A stretch of DNA of 57,475 nucleotides, the filler included, from Basidioascus undulatus (taxonomy: Eukaryota), in the NCBI GenBank assembly GCA_000826855.1. It is 3 parts of 3 records of this genome, joined end to end, with 100 filler letters (N's around TTAATTAATTAA, not from the genome) between each part and the next. Parts side by side here need not be neighbours in the genome. Positions count along the whole stretch, not along the records: positions 19,219 to 38,307 come from JTLS01000436.1; positions 38,408 to 57,475 come from JTLS01000437.1; 1 more part is not named here. One strand, written 5' to 3'. Position 1 is the first letter of the stretch, and each line of letters begins with the position of its first letter. Under the pieces are notes generated by a model. The model saw nothing but the letters and a program-made list of their open reading frames with translations, was not told the DNA's origin and did no database searches. A program made the position numbers and the translations under genes. Positions 36,760-50,309 of the stretch are shown one piece after another.

Positions 36760-38307
36760 CTATTCTTGCAGCACGTCCTTCATGCTCCGCTCCGCCGAGC
36801 CGCGCTTGAGCGGCTTGAACTGCCCCGGCGCGGGCTTCCATCCGATCTGCGTGGGCCAGGGTCAGTGGATGAGCGGGCCGAAGAGAGAGTGGAGAAGGGG
36901 GGGAGGAAGGAGAAGGGAGAGGGAGGGAAGAGGTGAAGAGGTGAAGAGGGTGATGACGAACCATGTAGATGATCTGGAACGTCGCTGGGACGGTTCCGTC
37001 CTCGTTGCCGTGGAGCTCTGTCGTCGACCAACAATCAATTTCGAACGCTACTCCAAAGCAGGGCAAGTGAAGAAGGGAACGGGGGAAAGAAGACACCCGC
37101 ACCCTTGTAAATCTCCCCCGCCGCAACCAAGACGTCCCTCTTGAGCACCTTCGGCCTGCCGAAGACGGCGTTGCTCTCGCCCATGGCGCGGAGGTCGTCG
37201 ACGAGCTCCCACATGGAGGGGTACGCGACGGTGATGTCGTCGAGGTCGACGGTGAGGAGCGTGTACCCCGCGCGCGTGAGGAGCGAGCCGACGTCGCGCG
37301 TGTCCGTCATGGGCGACACGTGCGGGGAGACGCCACCGAGGCGCTCGGTGGAGGCTAGTTGGAGGGCGGTACTGCGTTCCACGGGGTTATGTGAGTTCAG
37401 GTACGTGTGAGTGAGAAAGGGAGGGAGCAGGAAGAGGATGAGGGGGAGGGAGGAGAGGAAGAGGGGAAGGGGCAAGGACAATGAAGAGGGAAGGCAGGAG
37501 GAGGGAGGGAAAGAAAGAAAAGGGAAAGGACGAAGCGAACAAGAGTGTGCAGAGCAGAGTGATAAGAAGGCAGGCAGCACACCCACCGCAGTTCAAACAG
37601 CGTGTCTCCGCCAAACATCGCCCCCAAAAACACGCCGTCGGGCTTGAGCGCCTGGTGGATCTGGATGAGCGCGCCGGGGAGGTCGTTGACCCAGTGGAGG
37701 CCGAGGGAGGAGATGACGCCGTCGAGCGAGTTGGGCGCGAAGGCGGGGGAAAGGGAAAGGTGCTCCTCGTCGAGGTGGTGGCGGACGGGCTTCGCTGGTG
37801 AGTTGGGGGAGGGAAATCAGGAGGGGAGGGGAGGTGAAGGAAGAGTGGAAGCCTAGGGGAGAAGGCGGACAGTTCATTTCATCGTCAAACTCTGAATCTC
37901 TCAGCAGCGCCTTTTCTGGGCGCAACACGCACGCGAATCTTCAATTCAGCATTCATGATGATAGATTGATTAATCTTTCCAACGCACGTACCGCTTGAGT
38001 CCCCCACTAAAATCTCATCCGCGACGCCCTCCTCATCGACCGCCCTGGCCACATGGCTCCCACCGCTGCCGAGCACCGCCAAGCGCGGGAAGCGGCGCTT
38101 GATGTCGAGGACGCGCTCGCGGAGGTTGTCCGCGACTGCCTCGCGGAGGTAGTCGACTGTGCGGCTCTGCTGCACATCCGACGCGGCCCGGTCGCGCTGC
38201 AGCGCCTTCGCCCGGCGGTCGAAGACGGTGAAGGCTGCGGGCGTGGGGCGCGGGAGGGGCGCGGAGGCCGAGGTCGAGGCAAGGCGGCGGAGGAGGAGGG
38301 GGAGCGG
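36760..38307 (-). CDS. NDUFAF5: Complex I assembly factor NDUFAF5 (SAM-dependent methyltransferase fold); 5' end truncated at the gap
   Basis: [15 protein letters not shown]...[95 protein letters not shown]...KPLKRGSA. Confidence 0.95.
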
Positions 38308-38407
38308 NNNNNNNNNNNNNNNNNNNNNNNNNNNNNNNNNNNNNNNNNNNNTTAATTAATTAANNNNNNNNNNNNNNNNNNNNNNNNNNNNNNNNNNNNN
38401 NNNNNNN
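38308..38407. other. Artificial contig/scaffold spacer (N44-TTAATTAATTAA-N44)
   Basis: Same 100-nt construct as at 19119-19218. Confidence 0.97.
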
Positions 38408-41400
38408 TGGGCGGAGTGGGCGGGGCCGTACGGCGTTTAGGTAGAGGTCGTTGTTCGCTGAGCTGCGGAATCTCCCCTTGTGTGAAGGTGTCTCTCTTCT
38501 CTTATATTTGTATTGTGTGGATGTTGAGAGGAGAAGCTGCTCGATTCGGCATTTTTATATTACCTTCCTACTCTCTTTTGTTTTCTTTCCTGTCTATTCG
38601 CGGACACGCATGATGCACTCCCTGCTCTTAGACAAAACGCTTTGAGGATTTGTGTGCTGGTGCGTGTAGCCGTGGGAGTGGAAGCGGCGCGGCCAAGGAC
38701 GCACGGACAGATGGCCGTCCGTGCTCTGCATTGGTGGTTGGTTGGAAACGTCAAAGAAGATGCGCGAGTGGTTTGATATTGGCTGATCCCCATTAGAGAG
38801 CAGCGTTGCAACTTTGGCTGGGAAGCACGGCCCACCATCGAGCGGCAACAGCACCCAGCTAGGGAGCGCCACAACACAGCCAGACAAATTCGATGCTCAA
38901 GTATCGAGAACGAAAATTCAGGGACCAAAAGAACCTGAAGACCCAAAAAGAGAGACCACCGGAACGGTGCTGAAGAAGAGCTGAACTGTCCAACGCGCGA
39001 AGCGCAGCGAAGTCCAGCCGACTCGTCCCGCCCACTAACACCGCCTTCGCCATTTTCTCCTCGTCCTAGCCGCTTAAAAACCCGCTTACCGCTCCCGACC
39101 ACCCAAATATCGACCCACACGCGAAACGACGTGGCGTTGGCTGGGACGTCGTCCAGTCGCACACCCACAGGCCTCGAATCCTCGACGTCAGCGGTCTGCG
39201 AGCGCGCTTGCGCATGAGATTGGAACGTGAGCGTGGAACTGGAGGCGGGAAGACAATGAGGGTCTATCAGACTCCAATTAACGTGCGGGATCAGGGGCCA
39301 CGGGCCAAGCGAAACTTCGATGCACCTCGTGCCAGTGGACAGTCGCGCTCTGGTACCATGCGATTCGTCGCCGACATTCAGGCTGAGGTTCGCCAGATTA
39401 TCGAGGAGCAGTAGATCTTCAGTGGCGTCCAGGTTGGTGTTCTCCAGACTCGCGAGGAGCTGTTGGCGAGTCGCATGTGTGAGCTGCATGATGTTCATAT
39501 TCGTTGGAGAGATGCAGCTGCACACTCACTTCGCCAGGCTGCGTGGAACGGCGAACGCAGTGTCGCCGTTTCGCATCTTGTCATCTGGAACTCAGGCTCC
39601 TATGTTGATGGGACAAAGAAAGCTACATCGTACGGTGCGCCAGGGCCCTCGCATCTGGCGAGACGGAGGACGGTCAGTGCAAGTGTAACGTGAAAGTGTC
39701 AACATGGCTTGCCAGGAGAGAGCCACCGTCTCGTAGCCGTGCTCTCTGAGTTACTCGCACCATTAAATTAGTTGATAACCAATGCGGGTAGGGATTTTTA
39801 CGTGCCTTCCAAGCATGAGCTATGATGCTGGGCTCGAGAGTTCTCTGCGAACCACGTAGGTACGACAAACTCCATAAGCGAGGGCCACCATGAAAGAAAG
39901 TCTCGAAAGGAGGCTGGAGAGCTACCGAATGGGTACAGCTTCGAGAGGACGAGCAAGCGGGGCAAGCCGAACGGGAGCGCGTTGGCCCTTCTCCTGTAAA
40001 CGCGGTTCAGGAACCGTAAGCCTCGGAAATACGGCGAATATTTTAAAAACTTGGATGCCTTTTTGAACTCGAGCACGGCCTCAAGCGACCCGCCGAGAGG
40101 AACACGGTTGCGCGATGTGAGTGGCGAGTCTGTGGTGGTGCAACGACCGGAGTAGCTGGCCTCGCAGGCTACGATGAATGGCAATGAATTAGTTCGAGTA
40201 CCTGTAATGTTATGAAATCATGAGAATGGAAACTCACGCGGTCAGACTGTGGCAGATCCCAAGGGTCAGTTGCTGACGCGCAGCAGTTGCAGAGAGGATG
40301 GAACTGACAAGCGAAGCCCGGCGAGCTTCCTGCAAGTGGGGTCCACGATCGGGCAGTACCGATGGCATCCAGATGGTCCAGGAACCTCGACCGCGTCCTG
40401 CTGCGGCCCATTCAGCTCCTCGATGTCCATTGGGGGTCAGCGCTGTTCTCACCTTGAGCCGCGTCCACTGCCTCCAACAGAACCGCTAGCGGCGTGGGGA
40501 ATACGATGCGGTCCGCTGGCGGAGAACGCTACAAGAGCGCATGTAGAACGTTTAACCTCCAATGCGAACTATATCAGTCTGTCAAGCTTGCACATACCCA
40601 ACAGCACAGTTCAGGCACACGCAGCCAAAATGGATCGGCAGAAGCGTCCGAGCTCGACTCTTGCCCGTCTTCAGCAAGTGAAGCCTATGGGTGATAGGTC
40701 TCTGAGCTCACGTTATTGAAGCTGTTTCACGAAGGTCTGTATCTGAGAATCATGGGCTCACCGTAACGGAAGCAGGCCTCGCCTGGCCACTGTCCTCGGC
40801 CAAGCAATGCAACGTCTCCGCTGGTATCTCGAACGACGGGAGCTCTTGGCCAGTCGGAAAGATTGGACGCGGAACCATCTGGGGACCGTCTGTAAACCCG
40901 CTGGTTAGAATGTGGGACAGCAGGACGGGCAGACACAAGCTCACCGGGCGCCCGTTGACGCAGCGTCGCTTCGCAATCCGCCTGCAGCCTCCGCAATCGA
41001 GCGAGAAGCGTACCTCGCTCTAGGTCGTGGACGGGAAAAGTGCATAAATTCGGTAGGTGTGCGTGCCTTCGTCGTCCTCCAGGGGTCGTTCCTTGCCGAG
41101 AACGACGACGCTTTGATTTATAAAGGCGGGCGGAAGTGGACGATGCCGCCGGGTGCGATGTCGTGCGATAGTCACGATTTGCGGATAAGCTATGGTCTGT
41201 TAGGACTGGGTGATAGAGGTCTGGGGAAGATGAAGGTGGTCCATCCTGCAGTTCCTCCTCACGCTGGCCTGCAGCAGAACGCTGAACGTCTCGCAGCCTA
41301 TCTCTTCACGCGTGCTCCCATCCACCATTCGCTTAGGAAATACTCGGTTTCAGTCAGGCGATCAGGATTTCCTATGCCGCTTGCGACGGAGTGAAGAGTT

Positions 41401-42209
41401 TGACAGCTTCCCTAGCCAGACGAGCGTGCGCAGCCACTGCGCCCAACAGACTGTGAAACCAGACCTGCCTGCCTGGCGAGATGAAAATGCAAGTACATTG
41501 AATAATTATTTACCTACCAGTACAGATAAAGTCCACAAAAGTGTTTTATTGTTGTCAGTTATTGAAGGAGGGCAAGGACCTTTCGGAGCAGCTGCGGCAA
41601 AGTCACAACGAATGCCGACATAAACCTCCGCACGTTGCTATCTATCAGGCTACCCTTCAAGATGTAGGAACTGGTTCTGGTTTCGTGATTCGGGAAACCC
41701 ATTCCGCTGCGCCGACATTTCTGGTCCCTTCATGGCTAGCCCCGTTTCAAAGTGAGTTCGGCTTTGCGTATTGCCTCCTACCTTGTACCGTAGTTTCACA
41801 TCGTGAACGTCTTGATGAACAGATACGGTCTGAGAGAATATGGCCCCTGTGTTGCACGCACACGTGATGGCCATGTTTGGTATATCAGAGCCTCTCATGT
41901 TGCATCACGGCCTCTGCTACAACTTCGTCGCTGTGCCAGCATGTCCAGCTTGGTCCAGCGACTCCATGACGAAGCCTTGGGTGTTCATGAACGAGCGCGA
42001 TCGCAACCACGGCACACTCGAGCGCGGGTCGCGTTCGACGGTGGCGGAGGTGTCCGTCTGTCGCAGTAGCGAGGAGCTAGGTCAGAATAGGCATCGTTGT
42101 TTTAAGAACAGCACATCACACCGGCGGCACACTAACGAGTCCATCGAAACGCATGCGACACAAGCGGGTCTGTATATGCTAGAAGAAAAAGAACGGCAAG
42201 AAGCAAGCT

Positions 42210-42345
42210 GAAGTAAAACACGGACCGACGAAAGCGAAACGCGGAGGACAGGCGACGAAAGTTAAGGTAAGTCCCAGAAGTAAAACACGGACCGACGAAA
42301 GCGAAACGCGGAGGACAGGCGACGAAAGTTAAGGTAAGTCCCAGA
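42210..42345. repeat. Perfect tandem duplication of a 67-bp unit
   Basis: GAAGTAAAACACGGACCGACGAAAGCGAAACGCGGAGGACAGGCGACGAAAGTTAAGGTAAGTCCCA at 42210 and again at 42277. Confidence 0.95.
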
Positions 42346-42741
42346 GCCAGAATTTTGACTGCGCGCCTAACAGAACATGAAGCGATGAAAGTAAAGGATA
42401 GAAAGTCATGCGATTGATGGATAAAGAGAGAGAGAGAGTCCGTTGTATGACGAGACAGAGATAAGAGAGCGAGAGACGGGGAACGAGTGTGTGTGTGCGA
42501 GGGTGGGGAAGGAGCGGGTCCAATGCAAAGGGAGCGACAGCGGCGGCGGCGGCACGAGGAAGAGAGTACAGCAGAGAAGACAGAGTGTAGACACGGTCCC
42601 AATGGTGGTAAGGTAACAAGGTGTAGAGCAGGACGACGAGGGGGAGGAGGGGGAGATGCAGGGCGGGAACAGTGTGCGATGAGGGATGAGCTTTACAGCG
42701 AGCTGGAAGACAAATAAGAGAAGAAGAGGAGAGAACGGCGC

Positions 42742-45700
42742 CTAGTACCCTCGCTGGTACAGCGGCGTTGTCCGCACGTCCGTCGAGCTCCCATGCGGCG
42801 ACGCGAGCGGGCTCGTATCGGTGTAGCCGCCCGCTGGGCTCGCAGCTCGAGGCGGTTGTTGCAGTCCGCCATACGGGCTGTAGCCGCCGTACGCGTCCTG
42901 CCAAGTGGGAAGAGAATGCCAAGGGCAACGTCAGCTGTCAGGGTCCTCATGCGATCAGGTGATGTCATGCTCCTGTGGAGCGAGGGCTCATGCGGACGGC
43001 GAGACACAGCCACGAAGCGGGGCGGAGAAAGTGGCGAAAAAGGGTAGACGAGAGGGGTTGGAGGAGAGGAGCGAGGGCTCACGTTCGCGGGGACTGCGCT
43101 GTACTCCCTCCCTCCGCCCAACAAGTCGGACACGCTGACGCGTTCCGCGCCGTTGTCCACAGAGTGGAACGACCCGCGGCCAAAGTCGTCCTCGCGGAAG
43201 CCAGGCGGGGGCGCCATCCCGGCACCTGCCTGGTCGCGATACGAGTTGGAGAGGTCCATCGCGGACGGGTCCTCCTTGTACGCCCAGGCGCTGTCGGCCC
43301 CGCCCGCGGCGTCGGCAGCGTACCAGGACTTGTTGGCGGCACTCGATGCTTGCTCCTCCTTGTTCTTGCGGCGGCGGATCAAAAACGCTGCGAGCTGTCA
43401 CCGAGGGAAGAGAAATAGGGGCGTGTATGAGCGTCCATCATCCTGCATGGCAGTAAAGCGAGAGAAGAGAGGTATGTGAATGTCGCGGAATGTATCTAGC
43501 AACAGGAGTCCGTATACAGGAGTGTAATAAATGCGATCCATCGATGGGTACAGGGTGGGTTAAAGTATGTTGGGGGGTGTGTTTGAAAGGACAGGGGTGT
43601 GGGGAAGGAAGCAACATGTCATGCAGGTATGGTGATAATGCACCGTTGGTTGAAGACTGAGGAGCATAAGACGAGGAGAAAGGAGGGAACGACCTATGCG
43701 CCCGGCGCAGGTGAAGCCTGACAGAGAGAGATATGCGAATGCAAGCGAAGCGTCCGATGCGCAAAGGCGAAAGGGATGCCAGCGAAAGGGCGAACGGAAA
43801 GGGATCAGCTCACCGCGATGACGGCAAGGGCAGCTGCGCCGGCCACGCAGCCGATGATTATCGACCGCGTCGTGCTCGACATGGCGCCCGAGTCCTGGTC
43901 TGCGCCGGCGGACGACGTCGCTGCCGCGCCGCTGTCGGGGTCGCCCACGGTCGGCGTCTGGCCATCGGAGATCTGCTTGTAGTACTTCTTGATGATGTCG
44001 GCCGCCTTCTCGGCGATGCCGTACGTCGACGCCATCAAGTGCGCGGAGATCTCGAGCGGCATGATCTGCAAGGCGAGAGCGAGCGTGTGAGCGCTGCAAT
44101 GTTCAAGAGCGGACGCCAAAGCGAGAACGCACCGAAGCATCGACGACGCGAACGTTAGAAGTGCCGTAGACGATGAGCGACGTGTTGACGACACCGCCGT
44201 GCTCGCGCGGCATCATCGCGGCGGTACCCATCGGGTGGTACTCCTGCAATCCGCGCCCAACATCCTCGCGTTAGCGTCGTGCCTTCAGCGCATCTCTTCA
44301 TAACAGATGAGACGTACCGTGTGCGCGTCGCGACGGATGCCCTCGTTGATGGCATCGTCCGACTGGTCCTGGAACGAGGTCTGGCCGTTGATGTACGAGC
44401 CCAGCGACTTGGTCTTAGAGAGCTCGATCGCGAACTTGACGCCGGCGCGGAGGATGTCCATGTCGGCCGTGTGGGTGAGGTAGCCCGGGTCGATCTGGGG
44501 CGGGTCGAAGGGGTTGTCCGAGTTGATGAGGATCGTGCCGCGCCTGTGCATCCCACCGCCACATCAGTTCTGGATTCAGGCGTGTGCGGAAAAGGGAATG
44601 GGAGGGTACACACGAGAAGGGGTGCTGCAGCGCGACCTGGATACCGATCTCGCCGCGACCGCCGCCGAACATAGTGAAGAGGATCTCGAGCTGGCCGACC
44701 TCGGACTCGAGGTACTTGACCGTCTCGTCCCACTGCGCTTGCATGCCGGTGATGACCGTGTCGTCCTCCGAGTACATGCCCTTGACCTTCGTCGCGTAGC
44801 CGTCGAGGCTGCTCTTGACGCTGTTGATCCAGTTCGTCCGCGTCGTCTGGTCGGTCATGACGTCCTCGAGCGCGGGATAGCCGATCGCTTGGTTGATCTG
44901 TACGCGCACGCACGAATCAGTCTCGACTGTCGCGAACGCCACGACTTCGGGAGGAAGTGGGAAAGCACGCACGAAAGACCACTTCGACCGGCCCGACTGG
45001 TCGCGCCACTTCTGGAGCTCCTCTTCCGCGAGGTCCTTGTCCTTGAGCTCGGCCCACGTGTTCTGGTCGGCCGTCGTCAGGTACACGGCGGTCGCCGCGT
45101 GGTCCTGGAGATTGTGGCCGACACCGGGCAGCGGAACCTGGACCTGGATGCCGAAGCGCTCGAGGAGCGCCTGCGGCCCGATGCCCGAGAGCTGGAGCGT
45201 CTGCGGCGTGTTGACTGTCCTGCTCGTCGGAATCCAACAAATGGTCAGTTTCCTTCGTTTGATCCGCAAGGTAAAAAGCATCAACGAGAAAGAACGCACC
45301 CGCCAGCGAGAATGACCTCCTTGTTGACCTTGACCCGGTACAGGTTGTTGATGTCCGGGCCAAACTCGAGGCCGTCCGCGACGACGTTGTCGCCGTCCTT
45401 GTTAGCCTTCCAGAGGATCTTGGTCACCTGGTGGTCGGTGAGGATGACAAGGTTGGTGCGCTCCGGCATCGGGTCGATGTAGCCGGCCTTGGGCTCCGAG
45501 CGCGACATGTTGACCGTGTTGAGCGTCGAGGGCGTGATCACCGCGCCGCGGTTGTTGCCGGAAGCGCCGTCCTGCGGGGCCGCGCACAGTCAGAGAGTAG
45601 TCCCGGCAGCGTTAAGCGAAAATACTCACAGTCGGGATCGGGAGGTTAAGCTCTTGCCAGGCGGGAATCCAGTACTTGACCGCGTCGTAGTAGTACCAAG

Positions 45701-46762
45701 GCCAGCCAGCCTGTCAAGTTGCCAAGTCGGTTCATCAGATGCGGTGTGTTGGCAAAGAAGCCGCTTCGAACGCAAACGCACCTGGATGGGACCGTCCGTG
45801 CCGTGGTCGTTGGGGTCGTACGAGATGTGATAGAGGTCGGAGTCGTTTTGCGGAGGCGGGGTGAGGGTCTCGCTCTGTCGTGCGACCCACGGTCAGATCG
45901 GTACTCTTCGTGGCCAGGAGCCCCTCGCAGATAAAAAAAAACCGCGAGACGCACCTTCTTGATGTACTTCTGCATCTCATCCCATCCCCAATGGATCGCC
46001 GTGTCCGGGTTGAGCGTGTCCCACGAGTCGTACTCGGTCTTGCTCGCTCGGCACCAGAAGAGACCGTTGATCGCGCCCGAGCCACCGAGGCCCTTGCCGC
46101 GCGGCCATCTTTTACCAAAAGTCGACGTCGAGTCGATCTCCTGCTGCTGCTCCGTCAGGTAGTCCCAGTCGTAGCTGGACACCGTCAGGCCGTTCAGGTA
46201 CGAGTAGCCGGGAATGTAGATCTGCAACACGAGGAGGAATGGTCAGGCAGTGGCAAGGGATCGAGCGAGCGAAGAAGCGCACTTGGTCGTGCACGTCCGA
46301 ACCGTCTCCGCCAGCTTCGATGACAGCAACAGTGAAGTTTTCGTTCTCTTTTGTGGAACAAGGCGCGAAGGGAGGTCAGCAGGGGCGAGCGAGGAAGGCG
46401 GCTTTGTTTGTGGGCGCGACAGCTCAGACGTTTGAACAAGGCAAGCGCGCTCGCGCGTGCGTGCCTGTCCCGAAACTCCACTCCCACCCCAAACCTTCCC
46501 AGCTTTCTCAAGCATAGGAAACATAGATCAATAGGATCGACTGACCAGATAGCCGTGCGGCGATCGCGAGACCTGCCACGCCGCCGCCCATCACCACGAA
46601 GTCGAACGTCTTGTCGGCGACCTGACTGGTGTCATTCGTGACGGCGTGCCGCTTAATGAACTGGTGCTTGTAGCCGTTATCGCGGTTGTACTGCGCGTGT
46701 GCGGGCAGGGCCGCGAGGCCGAGCGCGAGGCTGGCCGAGAGGAGGGAAGACCCGAGAACCAT
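42742..46762 (-). CDS. GMC oxidoreductase (AA3_2-like, glucose oxidase/dehydrogenase or aryl-alcohol oxidase type) with signal peptide, C-terminal TM helix and cytoplasmic tail
   Basis: Signal peptide plus ...FIKR propeptide; FDFVVMGGGVAGLAIAARLSE, VIEAG, PRGKGLGGSGAINGL, KEVILAG, TPQTLQLSGIG, PGVGHNLQDH, EYHPMGTAAM, VRVVDASIMP, SAHLMASTYGIAEKAADII; then IIIGCVAGAAALAVIA|LAAFLI RRRKNK. Confidence 0.93.
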
Positions 46763-49700
46763 CGCGGCGAAGGGCGGCGGGCGGGAAGACTGGGGGGAGC
46801 GGGAAGAAGGTGAGATTGTCTGGAAAGAGAGTGCGGGACGCATAAGAGCCTTACGGGGCGAAGCGCGAAGGCGTAGGAAGAAGAGAAGAGAGAGCGGGAA
46901 GGGGGAGCGGGAACGCTGGTGCGCTGCGCTGCTGTGGTTTCCGATCCGCGTTGGCACGCGCCCAGGCGGGAAATGGTGCGGAGGGGGTAGGTCGGTCGCG
47001 GGCGGGAAGAGACCTGCTGTTTACGCCCCCTTGGAGTGGACTGTGCCCGCGGAAATGCGGTAGATCGGCGTAGGCGGCGGGGAGGAGGAGGAGGAGGAGG
47101 ATGAGAGGAGGATGGAGCGCGAAAGGCGGGAAAGGGGTCTGAACGAGCACAAGCGCACAAGGGCGATGAAGTCTCGGCGGTGGGACGGCATTTCTCATGG
47201 CTTGGACCAAGGTCACTCGCCCTCGATCTGGCCTCGCAAGCCACGAAACGCAGCCGATTTCCACGCAAAAGTACTGTAATTCATGCACAAATACGTAGGA
47301 ATGGCGCGTTTATTGTTGTCGAATGTCGTTCAATAGCCAATCAGTAGCGCACACTGCGATCAAAGCTTGACGTTGCCTGGCACACAACCTTGTCCCGCCC
47401 TCCACACCTGGCTGCATCCCAACTTCCGGCTCCAACTGTTCCTGTAAAGCTGATCATCGATGTGTTTTCATGTTCATCGTCACCCCCCTCTCCCCCTCTC
47501 CCAACCCCCTTCTCTCCTGTCTGCATCGTATCAACAGGACCCGCGACCAGCGGCATCAAATTTTCCCCTCCATCCCGATGCTGAAACCACTCAATATATT
47601 TGGACAGGGCGTAGCTCCGCCAGGGCCTGACTTTTGCTCTGCGCCTTTCAATATCCACCGCTGCGTGTGCCGTTTATATCCTCGGCCCCTCCGCGTCCGC
47701 ATCTCGACCCCGCCCTTAACCCCTGTCACACCTCCGGGCACCCTCTTTCCGCGCTCTCGACCTCCCCTCCTCCCACCGCTTTTCACAGCGACAACAACGA
47801 AAATGAGAATAAGAAAAGATTAGGTATAGGGGAAGTGGGACCCACCCTCCTGAAGGCCCATGCGCAACAGACAACACGCGCTATCGCCTTGATTGCATAG
47901 CGAATGGGCGAAATCAAAGAAAGATGCCGCGCCGAGCTCGAGCTCGGGCCACCACCGAGCCGCTGGGCGACGTTGGCACAGCCTTCGGGTAATGTCCGGG
48001 CCATGAGGCAGCGATGTGTTCACATCACTTTCGATGCGGACAGTCAAAATGATACACGTCGTTCACCTGTAGCAATCAGAAATAACTGATGTATTCTTAT
48101 GCGCGCTCGAGATGGAGAGGAACCCTGGCGAAGAGGAGGGAGATGAGCGCGGCAAACGCACTTCGACTGCGGTGAGGGATAGGCAGGTCTTGCTGCGGGA
48201 CTTGTATTTTGAATGAAAACGCAGTTACTGCGTGTCCGTAAAATTTTCAATATAATTCGACTGGGTGATTGAGCTATTTGTTGGCTTGGACCTTGACAGA
48301 TACATGCATAAGCAATGTACATCGGAGGACTGAAAGCAAGTGCCGCGAGTGACCGAAAACCTTGTCGGTTCCTAATGGGCAGATCAACTTCTCGAGGACG
48401 CAGGTTGAACAGAATTCAACCTCCTGCAACAAGTTCATCAACGCCGAGCAGTGGCTCATAGATCATGAGGATCGGCTTGCCAAAATACCTATGTCTTTTG
48501 CTTCTGGGTCGTGTCCGACACGGTACACTCCAAATCGGCGGAGAAGCTCTTAAATACATAGCATGGTTTATGTAAAGTGGACTTGTATTTCTTGAGGAAG
48601 AGTTGCTGGGCAGGAAACAACAATGCATCTGGCGCTATTGTGCACGGCACTGTGATGGTGTGGTCACCTGTCTTCCATTTCTTGATTATGAACGTAGATG
48701 GAGAGGCCTCTACATGGTTGCGAGGACAGGATTGGTGGTTGCTAAGCGTGAGGCGAGGTGCATGTCAGGCGCTGCGAGCTGTGATCGGTGCATGCATACG
48801 AGAATGTGGCCCCCTCTGAGAATGTACTGGCATGTTTGGACTTCATTAGAAAATTGCGTTTTAATGCATTATCTTCATGGTGCTCTGAGTAATCATATCC
48901 TCACTGCGTGTCTGACACTAGGAGTGTAGTCCGGGTCTGGAGCTGTGAAACCCAACAGGTTCAGAATGCCATGTCGAGTCCAGGCCATGTCGAGTCCCCA
49001 GCCAAGCTGCATGCTGCAGGCCGATGGCACGCCGGTCAGGGGGAGGGATGATCAGTGCGCAGGCACTGAACGAGCTTTTAAGATGAAGGTCACGGCGGAC
49101 CGGGTTACGGTCGTAATCGATGGAATTCTCTAGATCCCCGAGCATTGTAAAATTCTTCTTGAGGAGAAAACATTTGTGGGGTGGGCCGTGCTACTCGGAT
49201 GCATCCCCCTGCAAGCTGTAGTCGGCGACAACCCACGACAGGCACAGCTTGAAATCAAGTTCACATTGTGGAAGAAGTGCTTTCTCAGATCAGTCCCGCG
49301 GCACCGCAGCGGTTCTCCCGGCGTGAATTACAACATTGCGGTGCGGTGGCAGTGGCAACCGTTACATCTCAACGCGGCTCTCCGTACACAGGGCGCAGTA
49401 ACGAAGAATCACAACGTGCAATAAAGTATTTGGCTGTCGATCCGAATCTGAAAAGACCAGGTCGTCATCTGGGAGCAAGTGAGCGCGACCTTCTCGCAGA
49501 GAATTTTGCGAACAGTGATCTCTTTGGCGGGGATCCTCTACCCCTTTGTTGCGCCTTATTAAGGGTATACGCCACGAGGTACATACGAGCACGCGCAGCG
49601 CGGCAAGGATCCTTTGACAATAAAGGGACTTGAAACGACTGCGTGCATTTGAGCGCCCGGTCCCACCCGTGGTCCTGTGTCCTAGGTCAAGGCTGGCTGC

Positions 49701-50309
49701 GGGCCCAGAGCCACGGCGGCTTGCTTCGCCTGTTCGGCATCGCTCGAGACGCTGTGTTTGCTTGCTGCTCGCTCGTCTGCTCTGCTCTGCTCTCGCTCGC
49801 CTCCTACAGACTGACCTCTCGCCTCGCCGTCAAGGACCTCGTGCTCGCTATTGCTGCCGTCCAGCATGCGCCCGCCGCTCCCCGCCGCCGGCGTCGCGCC
49901 GCTTGTGCCGCTCCTCCTCCTCCTCGGCCTCCCCCTATCAACAATCGCGCTCCTCCCCCCCCTGTACACAGCGCACTTCGCGCTCTACCCCTTCCTCTCC
50001 GCCCTCCTGGGCAACCCGCACGCGAGCATCACCGTCCTCGCCCGGCAGACCGTCGACGCACGCATGGATGGGTATTGAAAGCCCAGGAGACACTAAGACC
50101 CAGATCAGCTGAAAATACAAATCTGACTTGTACGGGCTTCCTCCCTGCTGGAGGGAATGAGAAAAGGCCTTGGAGGTCGTTTTAGTTAGAGTGCAGTCAC
50201 ATTTTGCCTGGCGAGATGTGATGTTTCCGCGGTGCCTATGAAGGTCAAACAGACAAGATCACTTCCAAATGATCTACATTTTTCAGACAACAGCATCATC
50301 ACAGATTTC

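Noticed and set aside
38560..39525. 321-aa minus-strand ORF
   Set aside because: No recognisable motif; the opposite strand shows stop-interrupted coding-like text, so it is probably a shadow ORF over a decayed gene.
42210..42345. Hammerhead ribozyme or U1 snRNA (reverse strand contains ACTTACCT)
   Set aside because: No CUGANGA core with paired stems; no U1 stem-loop I or Sm site.
44514..45482. Long + strand ORFs (also 51389-52558 and many others)
   Set aside because: Antisense shadows of real GC-rich genes (GMC, CDF).
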